NCBI RefSeq assembly: GCF_008065095.1
Contig: NZ_CP042911.1
Location: forward strand, 7,140,001 to 7,172,000
Direction: 5' to 3'
From: Gemmata obscuriglobus
Lineage (GTDB): Bacteria; Planctomycetota; Planctomycetia; Gemmatales; Gemmataceae
Length of the DNA: 32,000 nucleotides
Position 1 is the stretch's first letter; every line of letters begins with the position of its first letter. Of this stretch, positions 1-7,382 are shown piece after piece. Under the pieces are notes generated by a model. It was given only the letters and a program-made list of their open reading frames with translations. It was not told the DNA's origin and made no database searches. Both the position numbers and the translations under genes were made by a program.

Positions 1-2315
1 AAGAGGCCGCGGCGGACTTCTTACTCAAAGCGACATGGGACGCACTCGAGCGTATCGGGCCGAAAGCGGTTCCCGCGCTCACGGAATTGCTCACGCATCC
101 GGACGCCGAGATTCGCGAGCGCGCATCCGCGGTACTGGGAGCCATTGGCCCCGGCGCCGCGGATGCGGTGCCGGCACTCATCAAGTGTTTGAGTGAAGGC
201 GAGCACCAACAGGTGACTCTGAACGCGCTGAACGCGCTCGCGGCTATCGGCCCGAAAGCAGAGGCCGCGGTTCCCGCGCTGATCAAAACGGCCCTCGACC
301 CGAGGGCGATGGTTCCCGAAGGGGAGCTGAAGTTGCCGCTGCGTAATGCCGCGGCAAAGGCGCTCGTGGCCATCGGCGCGAAGGCGCTTCCTGCGGTCAG
401 GAAAGACCTGTTCCCGGCAATCATCAAAGCGATTGACGACGCCGACGAACGCGGATGGCTCCTCTCCGGCTCTGGGTGGGGGAACGCGTGGTCCACGTGG
501 GCGCCGTTCGGTGCCGACGCCGCTCCTCTCGTTCCGGCGATCGTGCGGTACCTGAGTCGACATAACCAAGATCGGCTCGTGCTGAGCCTGTTGAAGCTCG
601 GCCCGGACGGACAAAAGGCTCTGGCCGGTCTGCTCTCGGACAAAGACGAACAGGTCCGCAAAGAGCAATTGAACGCGTTGTGCGAGCACGCATTCGGCAC
701 TTTCGTATCGGAGGGCGGGTTCCACTGCCGGGCGGAAGCCGACCTCCGACCGATCGCACGGGAACTGATTCCGTTCCTGGCGGACAAGGACTACGGCGTT
801 CGCTTCCACGCACTGGTGGCGATCAATCAACGGTGCCGCCCCGCCCCGCCGGAGGTCGTTAGGGCCGCGCTGCCGCTTCTCAATGACAAGGAATTCCTGA
901 GCTACCGGGACAAACGTTACGAGATCGATGCCGCCGCGGTCATCGGCTTTTGCGGCCCCGCGGCGATTCCAAAGCTGGTGGAACATTTACAGTCGGACGA
1001 CACAAAGCTGCGCGAGTTCGCGGTACGCGCCCTCAAGGACCTCCGCGGTCCCGGGACCGAAGCGCTGCTCCCCGCACTGCGCGAACGGGCCGCGGGCCGG
1101 GCGACGCGCCCCGAAATGACGCCTCTGGATGCCGCGATCTCCGCGGTCCGGATCAGCCTGGCCCCCAAAGACGTTGAACTGCTCGTACCGTTCTTGAAGA
1201 GCGGTGACCCGAAGGAACGTCTCACGGCACTTGTCGAATTCCGTCAACTGCGGCACCTCGCGCGCCCGCACCTCAAGCACCTGTTCCCGCTACTGAGGGA
1301 TCGCAACCTCCGCTGGAACGCGGCGTTAACGATCGACGCCATCGACTCGTCCGACCCGGACGTGTGCGCGGCGCTGGCCCAATGGATCGCCGACTACGGC
1401 GACCGCCGCCCGCTTGAACGTACCGACCTGTTCGCAAAGGAAATCGCGCCGGCCATTCCCGCGGTGCTCAAAATGCTCGAGGGCGGGCGCGGTTTCGATT
1501 TGGTTCAGCGGATCGGCCCGCCGGCGAAGGACGCGGTTCCGCTCCTGCTGTCGTATCTCACGCGCGAGCCAACTTTTACGGCACGGGAGGGATTCGACCC
1601 GAATAGCGCCCTTCGCGCGCTTGGCACGATCGGCCCGGCGGCCAAAGGGGCCGTGCCCCTGATTCGCGCGCGTTTGGCCAGGGTCGAAGACCGGGAGAAG
1701 ATGTGGTGCCTGTTGTGTCTTGCCGACATCGGACCGGGGGCACGGGACGCGGTGCCGGAACTCAAGGAACTGCTCACCGACCCGGACCCGCGGTTGCGAC
1801 TGCTCGCGGCCTGCGCGCTCTCGAAAATCGAGGCCGATCCCGCCGCGTACCGGGCAACGTTCGCTCGCGCGATACACGAGCGCCCGAACAGCGCGTTCTG
1901 GCACGTGCCGCTGGTGCTCGATCGCATCGCGGCGGACTGCCCGGAGTTGGTGCCGCGCGCCGTTCGCGGCGCCATTCCACGGCTAAACGAGCCGCACGTG
2001 GGGTGGGGGGACTTTGAACCGGAGTACGTCACCCTGATACCGCTGTTGAAGCGGAACGCGTTGCTGGCGAAGGGCGCGGTTCCCGAGCTGGTGAACGGCC
2101 TGAACAAGCCTTCGGCGAGGGGGATGCAACCGGAACTCATCGGGTTGCTCGGCGCGATCGGTCCGGATGCGAAAGCCGCGCTCCCAAAGTTGCGCGAGTT
2201 GCGCGACGGCGCGGAGTTCGAAATCGCCATCGCCGCACTGGAGGCGATTCAGAAGATCGAAGCCACGCGAGCACCGAACGCGCTCAACACCACCGCTGGC
2301 CCTGATATGAAGTAG
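1..2315 (+). CDS. HEAT-repeat protein, 5' partial (frame open to the window start)
   Basis: Frame 3 reads ...ALERIGPKAVPALTELL... from nt 3, so the TTG at 87 in the ORF track is internal. The unit A-x2-ALG-x-IGP-x-A-x2-AVP-x-L recurs many times (e.g. AVLGAIGPGAADAVPALIKCL, ALRALGTIGPAAKGAVPLIRARL, LLGAIGPDAKAALPKLRELR). Stop TAG at 2313-2315. Confidence 0.8.
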   Translation, partial: EAAADFLLKATWDALERIGPKAVPALTELLTHPDAEIRERASAVLGAIGPGAADAVPALIKCLSEGEHQQVTLNALNALAAIGPKAEAAVPALIKTALDPRAMVPEGELKLPLRNAAAKALVAIGAKALPAVRKDLFPAIIKAIDDADERGWLLSGSGWGNAWSTWAPFGADAAPLVPAIVRYLSRHNQDRLVLSLLKLGPDGQKALAGLLSDKDEQVRKEQLNALCEHAFGTFVSEGGFHCRAEADLRPIARELIPFLADKDYGVRFHALVAINQRCRPAPPEVVRAALPLLNDKEFLSYRDKRYEIDAAAVIGFCGPAAIPKLVEHLQSDDTKLREFAVRALKDLRGPGTEALLPALRERAAGRATRPEMTPLDAAISAVRISLAPKDVELLVPFLKSGDPKERLTALVEFRQLRHLARPHLKHLFPLLRDRNLRWNAALTIDAIDSSDPDVCAALAQWIADYGDRRPLERTDLFAKEIAPAIPAVLKMLEGGRGFDLVQRIGPPAKDAVPLLLSYLTREPTFTAREGFDPNSALRALGTIGPAAKGAVPLIRARLARVEDREKMWCLLCLADIGPGARDAVPELKELLTDPDPRLRLLAACALSKIEADPAAYRATFARAIHERPNSAFWHVPLVLDRIAADCPELVPRAVRGAIPRLNEPHVGWGDFEPEYVTLIPLLKRNALLAKGAVPELVNGLNKPSARGMQPELIGLLGAIGPDAKAALPKLRELRDGAEFEIAIAALEAIQKIEATRAPNALNTTAGPDMK

Positions 2316-2642
2316 GCTTCTCTCCTGTTCTCTGCTCTTCCCACATCCCCCGAACGGAATTCCAATCGACTCGTGAATGGCGATCGAGCAACCTGCGGGG
2401 GCGAGGCGTAAGGATACGTCTTTGCCACCCGCTCCACTTCCATCACCGCGCCCCCATCGGAACTAACTTTCCGAATCACGAACGCGGACGCGATGCCATC
2501 AGTTTGATGGGGGCTCGGCTTCGCTGGCATCAGGCGAGTTGCGCACCTGGCCGCCGGCAGCAACTCCCACGGCTCGCCGCCGGCTGCGTTCGCCGATGGT
2601 AGCCACAGCACGCTTACGCGAGTCGTTTCACAAGCGAGCGGC

Positions 2643-2820
2643 GGCTGTAACGAGGGTTACAGTGCGGTACTGGCGGTATGCGAACGGGTCGCGGACTGGA
2701 CATTCGCTGCCGGCGGACGGGTCGAGAGCGGGCGGTTCGCTGGGGCACCGCTACCACCGAATCGCGCCTGCAAAACCCGCACGCGGCGTCGGAATGAACG
2801 GAACGTGGCTCCGAATGAAA
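2643..2820 (-). repeat. Copy A of an intergenic repeat; its partner is at 24427-24619 (+)
   Basis: The reverse complement aligns colinearly with 24427-24619. Shared blocks are tttcattc, cgggttttgc, ggcgcgattcg, ccagcgaac, cccgttcgc and tgtaaccc(t/c)cgttacagcc. It lies in the 819-bp gap between the convergent 3' ends at 2315 and 3135. Confidence 0.7.
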
Positions 2821-3134
2821 TTGCACAAGACGTTTACACGATGCTGTTTGCGGCGGAACCGATTCGCGGAGATCGTTTCACTCCGCGAACGGAAACCGGC
2901 ACGGCTTGCTCTGTCGGGCGCGGTCCGGACTTCCGGAAGTGCTGCATGGACACAGTGCCCGGTGCAACCGCGTTCAGCGATTCGGGCACGCGACGACTTC
3001 GATCAGGTTCAACTCGCCGGACAGGAACGCCAGCGCGTCCGGGTCGGCACTCAACCCGTCGCGTCCGGTAGGGGCATTCGCCCGGCGGGGCCGCCGGCTC
3101 GTGATTGGCGACCGAACCGGGGCCGCTCGAGTAA

Positions 3135-3893
3135 CTACTTCTTCGGTGTCGGGCGAAGCGTGGCCAAGTCGAACGGCTCACCAACGAGTTCCTTCCAGAT
3201 CTTCTTCTGGGACTCGTTGAGGGCCGTTTCGACCTTCACCCACGCCTCCTTGCGGACCTTGTCGAGTTTCGCGTTGGCGGCGGCCACTTTCTCGGGGGGC
3301 AACCCCACGCCGGCGGGGGTGAGCCCTCCGAGGGCCGCTTCCTCGCGGATCTTTCGGCTGTCATTGCTGACCCCGTCGGCAAGGACTTTAATGGCTTTCT
3401 TCTGTTCGTCACTCAGCTTGAGAGCCGCACCGACCTCCTTCATGGCGGCCTTCTGGGCGTCGGTGTACGCCGGCCCCTTGGGGGCCACATCCGGGTCGTT
3501 GAAGATCATGAAGTTCATCGCCTGGAGAGCGATCTGCTTGAGCCGCTTCCGCTGGTCGGCCGTCAGCGCGTTATCGAGCGCCGTTTTGACCTCCGCGGCC
3601 AGTTCCGCCTGCTTCTCGCGCATGACATTGAACTGGACCAGGTCGAAGCCGGCTTTTGCGTCCGGGCCGAACGCGTCGGTGAACTCTTTATTGAACTTGG
3701 CTTGCTTCTCGGTGACGGGTTTGAGTTTCCCCTTTTGCTCGCCGGTGAGTTTGATCTCGGCCTGGAGCGCGGCGTTGGTCAGCAACAGGGTGCTCACCTC
3801 GTCGCCCCAGGCGATCATGATTTGCTGGGCCGATGCCTCGGTGGCGACACCGGCGCAGAGCGCCGTCGCCAGAACGCATGGAATCCACCGCAT
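3135..3893 (-). CDS. Secreted LTXXQ-motif (Spy/CpxP-like) periplasmic protein
   Basis: I chose the ATG at 3893 (MRWIPCVLATALCAGVATEASAQ looks like a signal peptide) over the upstream ATG at 3932. Four spaced motifs are present: LTGEQK, LTADQR, LSDEQK and LNESQK. The protein is helical and Lys/Glu-rich. Confidence 0.7.
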   Translation of the reverse strand: MRWIPCVLATALCAGVATEASAQQIMIAWGDEVSTLLLTNAALQAEIKLTGEQKGKLKPVTEKQAKFNKEFTDAFGPDAKAGFDLVQFNVMREKQAELAAEVKTALDNALTADQRKRLKQIALQAMNFMIFNDPDVAPKGPAYTDAQKAAMKEVGAALKLSDEQKKAIKVLADGVSNDSRKIREEAALGGLTPAGVGLPPEKVAAANAKLDKVRKEAWVKVETALNESQKKIWKELVGEPFDLATLRPTPKK

Positions 3894-4133
3894 GGCGGCA
3901 TCCTGTGGGGGCCGGGAGTACGGTTCCCACATTTACCGGAAAGCGAGTGAAGGGCAGATGAGTAAGCGAACGTTTTCTGCGTCAGGTGATGACGCAAACG
4001 GGCTGGCTCGCGCTCGGTCAGTACGAATGAGGTACGAACTGGCGGTCGCGATTGGCTCGGACGACCGCCCCGCGCGGAGGATCGGGATGTGCGCCACAAA
4101 GGCAAAAGCGGGCACCCGTTACCGGGGCGCGCA

Positions 4134-4439
4134 TCAGGACGGGAGCGCGCCGCCGACCGCGTCCATCAGGTCGTCGAGCCCGACGGCCGCGTCCGGCCCG
4201 CCGAGCGTCAGCCACACTTCGTTGCGCCGGATCTCGACCTCCAGCGCCCCGGAAATGTTCTGCGGCCCCTTCGGTTGCTCCGTGAGCACGGTCATCAGGT
4301 CTTCGGCCGGGACGGTGACGCTGCCGAGTACGGTCTCGAGTTTGCGGTCCCGGATCGTCAGCTTCAGGCCGCCCTCGTCCGCCCCGATGTCGACCAGCCG
4401 CTCGAGCCCGGTGGTCTGGGAAACTCCGTCGATGGTCAT
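4134..4439 (-). CDS. Hypothetical small protein (101 aa)
   Basis: The ATG is preceded by AGGAG about 5 nt upstream. Third codon positions are G/C-rich. It is co-directional with the two genes upstream. I recognise no family. Confidence 0.55.
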   Translation of the reverse strand: MTIDGVSQTTGLERLVDIGADEGGLKLTIRDRKLETVLGSVTVPAEDLMTVLTEQPKGPQNISGALEVEIRRNEVWLTLGGPDAAVGLDDLMDAVGGALPS

Positions 4440-4499
4440 GTCTGCTCCTGGGGAAACGGATTATGCTACCGGCTCAGAGGCGACCGGTACACCCCAGGT

Positions 4500-4883
4500 T
4501 CAAACGTGCGCGATCCACCGGCGGATCAGCGCCGCGAACGCCTCTCGTTTCGCCGCCACGTCGGCCGCGTCCGCGAACGTCACCGACGCCCGGTCCTTGC
4601 CGAGCCACGTGAGCAGTCCGCCCGGGTCGACGACGGTGATGCCGTCCCCGGCCCGCGCCTTCGCGCCGAGGTGGAGGATCATTTGCACCCCCGCCTTCGC
4701 CCGCAGGTGGAACGTCGCGAACCACTCCGTCGTGCGGAAGCTGGGCGCGTTCCACTTGACGCCCTCGGTGACGCCGGGCGCGGCGAGGAGAATTTCGCGG
4801 ATCGCGAGGATCGCAGGCTTCTGCGGGTGCTCCAGGGTTGCGAGAACGCTCTCCACGTCGTCGACCGGTTTTTGTTTCGCCAC
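4500..4883 (-). CDS. DUF1801 (YdhG-like) domain protein
   Basis: The 127-aa product contains ...GVTEGVKWNAPSF...ATFHL..., a pattern I associate with DUF1801. Its start is 9 nt downstream of the preceding gene's stop. Confidence 0.55.
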   Translation of the reverse strand: MAKQKPVDDVESVLATLEHPQKPAILAIREILLAAPGVTEGVKWNAPSFRTTEWFATFHLRAKAGVQMILHLGAKARAGDGITVVDPGGLLTWLGKDRASVTFADAADVAAKREAFAALIRRWIAHV

Positions 4884-4892
4884 GGTGCGCCC

Positions 4893-5285
4893 TCACGCCA
4901 AGTTGAGCTGCCACGACACCCCGAAGCGGTCGCTGATCCAGGTGAATTTCTTGCTGAACCCGTAGCCGCCCGGCGGCATCAGTACCGCACCGCCCGCGGA
5001 CAGGGTGGCGAACGCCGCGTCCAGTTCGGCCTCGTCGGCGCATTCGACGAACAGGGAGGCGGACGGGGTGAACGTGAACGCGTGCGGCATCGGGCTGTCG
5101 ATGCAGGCGAGCCGGTGCCCGGCGATCGTGAACTCGGCCCGCTTGATCGTGCCTTCCGGGCCGTGTTCGCCCGCCTTGTACTTCTCGACCGCGGGCACCG
5201 AGCCGTTGAAGAGCGAAACGTACAGGTTCATCGCTTCTTCGGCCTTGCCCTCGAACATGAGTTGCGTGACGACACTTCGCGGCAT
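4893..5285 (-). CDS. VOC-superfamily / PhnB-YjdN-like protein
   Basis: The internal ATG at 5285 gives MPRSVVTQLMFEGKAEEAMNLYVSLF...GFSKKFTWISDRFGVSWQLNLA. This N-terminal LMF-G-AEEA-YVS-F pattern and the C-terminal W-DRFG-SWQ pattern are typical of the family. The 49 codons upstream in the track ORF are Arg/Pro-rich and unlikely to be translated. Confidence 0.7.
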   Translation of the reverse strand: MPRSVVTQLMFEGKAEEAMNLYVSLFNGSVPAVEKYKAGEHGPEGTIKRAEFTIAGHRLACIDSPMPHAFTFTPSASLFVECADEAELDAAFATLSAGGAVLMPPGGYGFSKKFTWISDRFGVSWQLNLA

Positions 5286-5365
5286 CTCTGGCCCCTCCGG
5301 TGGGAAAGCGGAGAGTAGATCAGGGGGCCGCCGCGTGTCGAGGTCAGCAGGAGAACGGAGAACGT

Positions 5366-6070
5366 ATGCCCGATACCCGCAAGCACCGCGGTCCCGGCCC
5401 GCAGGACCCGGAGTGGTTCGGCCCCGACGCACGCCCCGCGCTCGCGGCCGCGGTGTCGGACCTGTCGTGGCTGCTGTCGCGCGGGTACGCCGCGCCGTCG
5501 TCGCTGAAGCTGGTCGGGGATCGGTACGCGTTGGTGGAGCGCCAGCGAACCGCGGTGCTCCGCTCGGCCTGCTCGGACGGGGCGCTCGCCGGGCGGCGGG
5601 CGCGGCAGGTCGGGGTCGCCGCGCTCCGGGGCCGCCCGCTGCGGATCGACGGGTTCAACCTGATCCTCACGCTGGAGTCCGCGCTGGGCGGGGGCGTCAT
5701 CATCGGCGGGCGGGACGGCTCGTTCCGCGACCTCGCCAGCGTCCACGGCACGTACCGGAAAGTCGAGGAGACGCAGCCGGCGCTCGATCTGGCGGCGCGG
5801 CTCCTTGCGGCGTGGGGCGCCGGGCCGTGTACGTGGCTGCTGGACGCGCCGGTTTCGAACAGCGGTCGGCTCGCAGAGATGGTGCGCGCGACGAGCCCCG
5901 ACTGGGCGGCCGAGGTGGTGCAGAACCCGGACGCGGTACTCGTACAGCCCGGCGACCTGGTGGCTACCGCCGACGCCGTGATCCTCGACAACTGCGGCGA
6001 GTGGGTCGGGTTGGCGGGGGCGATGGTGGAAGCCGGCGCACCGGGCGCGTTCGTCATCGATCTGGGGTAA
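5366..6070 (+). CDS. DUF434-like protein
   Basis: ATG at 5366 with GGAGAACGGAG upstream. The N-terminal segment DLSWLLSRGYA..SSLKLVGDRY.L..RQR is recalled from memory as DUF434-like. The C-terminal half has a hydrophobic-Asp pattern (TWLLDAPVSNSG...ATADAVILD). Confidence 0.5.
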   Translation: MPDTRKHRGPGPQDPEWFGPDARPALAAAVSDLSWLLSRGYAAPSSLKLVGDRYALVERQRTAVLRSACSDGALAGRRARQVGVAALRGRPLRIDGFNLILTLESALGGGVIIGGRDGSFRDLASVHGTYRKVEETQPALDLAARLLAAWGAGPCTWLLDAPVSNSGRLAEMVRATSPDWAAEVVQNPDAVLVQPGDLVATADAVILDNCGEWVGLAGAMVEAGAPGAFVIDLG

Positions 6071-6079
6071 AAGACCAGA

Positions 6080-6190
6080 GGCCAGCAGCCGGGGGAAGCT
6101 GCTGGCCCGTGTGAAGGGTCAGGGGGACGGGTTGGGGGAAGGAGCGGCCTTGGGGGAAGGCCTTGTTCCGTGAGACCGGGGGAAGGTCTC
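6080..6190 (+). other. Three tandem stem-loops with conserved GGGGGAA loops, overlapping a G-quadruplex-type run
   Basis: Stems are at 6080-6089/6098-6107 (10 bp), 6146-6151/6157-6162 (6 bp) and 6172-6177/6185-6190 (6 bp). The stem sequences differ, but each loop carries GGGGGAA. Six GGA triplets lie in 6094-6183. The run GGG-tca-GGGGG-ac-GGG-tt-GGGGG is at 6116-6138. Confidence 0.5.
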
Positions 6191-6712
6191 GATGCTGAGT
6201 TGTAAAGCAGCGATCGTGCCAGTTGTAACAGCGAGCAGCCACATTGCCGTAACCGATTTCCTCGATTGATTTTATTTCTTTCGCGTCCGTTGTGCCCGGT
6301 TTGCGCCTGTGCAGATTTTACCGATCGGGCGGTAAATCCGGTTCAGAGCGATAGCGGTCCCGGCAGTTTTTTCACACCACCGGCGCCAGCGTTCTGAAGA
6401 GGTAACGAGGCTCTTTCGACGCTATTGAGCCGTGGGGCGAATTGTCGTGCGACTTGGCCCCGGGAACGTCGCGCTCTGCGGCGGGCGGCGGTTGACCAGG
6501 CACCTCGCCCCGTTCGCCGCAACACACCCGGATCAACATTCATGAGGAAACAAAAATCAGTACACGCACGAAAACACGATGTGTTTTCACACTTCACTTT
6601 AACCAACTCATTGTTTGCCTTCAAAATTCTCAGCTCATGGTAGTCGAATTGACATCTGGCATCACATTGCTTTCGCCGTAGGCGATTCTGTTCTATCTCA
6701 TTTCAACGAGGG

Positions 6713-6738
6713 CAAATTTTGATCTCGGCCGCCGATGT
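6713..6738 (+). promoter_or_regulatory. Candidate sigma-28 (FliA)-type promoter upstream of cheW
   Basis: CAAATTTT-N10-GCCGATGT compares with the textbook TAAAGTTT-N11-GCCGATAA. It lies about 75 nt upstream of the cheW ATG. Confidence 0.35.
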
Positions 6739-6813
6739 TGGTGGCAGCGGAACCGGCCGCGCGCCGACCGTTCCGCTTATTCCGGGCGCTGACTCTTAAC
6801 CTCGCAGTGAAGA

Positions 6814-7299
6814 ATGGATACGAACGAGGCCGGCGGCCCGCTGTTGCTCCCGGCCGGGAGCGGCCAGTTCCTGACGTTCCGGCTGCGGGACGAGGAGTAC
6901 GGGGTGGACCTGCTGCGGGTGCAGGAGATCCGTGGTTACTCAAAGGTGACCACGATCCCCAACACCCCGCCCGACGTGCGCGGGATACTGAACCTGCGGG
7001 GGGCCGTGATCCCGATCGTGGACCTGCGGGCCCGGTTCGGGCTGGCCCTGACCGAGTGCACCCCGTTCACCGTGATCATCGTGGTGAACGTCGCGGACCG
7101 GGCCGTGGGGCTCCTGGTGGACGCGGTGAGCGACGTGCTCAACGTGGCGAGCCAGGAAATCGTCCCGCCCCCGGACCTGGGCACCCACGTGGACACCTCG
7201 GTGCTCACCGGGATCGCCCGGGACGGGCAGCGGCTCGTGTCCCTCATCAACATCGACCGGCTCGTCGGCGTTACCAGCCACGAGCTTGCGATGGTGTAA
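6814..7299 (+). CDS. cheW: Chemotaxis coupling protein CheW
   Basis: 161 aa. FLTFRLRDEEYGVDLLRVQEIRGY...IPNTPPDVRGILNLRGAVIPIVDLRARFG is a canonical CheW-domain sequence. Confidence 0.9.
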   Translation: MDTNEAGGPLLLPAGSGQFLTFRLRDEEYGVDLLRVQEIRGYSKVTTIPNTPPDVRGILNLRGAVIPIVDLRARFGLALTECTPFTVIIVVNVADRAVGLLVDAVSDVLNVASQEIVPPPDLGTHVDTSVLTGIARDGQRLVSLINIDRLVGVTSHELAMV

Positions 7300-7382
7300 C
7301 ATCGATAACCCCGGCCCGCCCGGCGCGTTCGCATGGCGCCGGCGGTTTGTGCAACTGACTTAACCGACCGGAGACCGCACTC

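Noticed and set aside
2974-3134. Minus-strand coding-like fragment ...DGLSADPDALAFLSGELNLIEVVACPNR* just downstream of the LTXXQ gene
   Set aside because: There is no ATG or GTG in frame, and the only TTG leaves 26 codons. Upstream it overlaps the LTXXQ gene out of frame. It may be a relic, but it cannot be supported as a gene.
2539-4965. 808-aa plus-strand ORF, the second-longest in its region
   Set aside because: It is Ala/Ser/Arg-rich low-complexity sequence with no domain signature. It runs antisense through four minus-strand genes that have signal peptides, RBSs and recognisable families. This is a typical high-GC shadow ORF.
6300-6540. Possible third copy of the 2643/24427 repeat (shares gtaacgagg and ccccgttcgcc)
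   Set aside because: The two shared words are in mutually inconsistent orientations and no colinear alignment can be built. I treat the match as chance or as extreme decay.
6343-6624. 93-aa minus-strand ORF in the cheW upstream region
   Set aside because: Its composition switches from AT-rich to Arg-rich along the ORF. It has no RBS or motif and spans obvious noncoding palindromes.
6657-6670. Sigma-54 -24/-12 look-alike, cTGGCATcacaTTGCt, upstream of cheW
   Set aside because: The GG and GC dinucleotides are separated by 9 nt rather than the invariant 10. TGGCAC-N5-TTCC in the P1/P2 cores also lacks the -12 GC.
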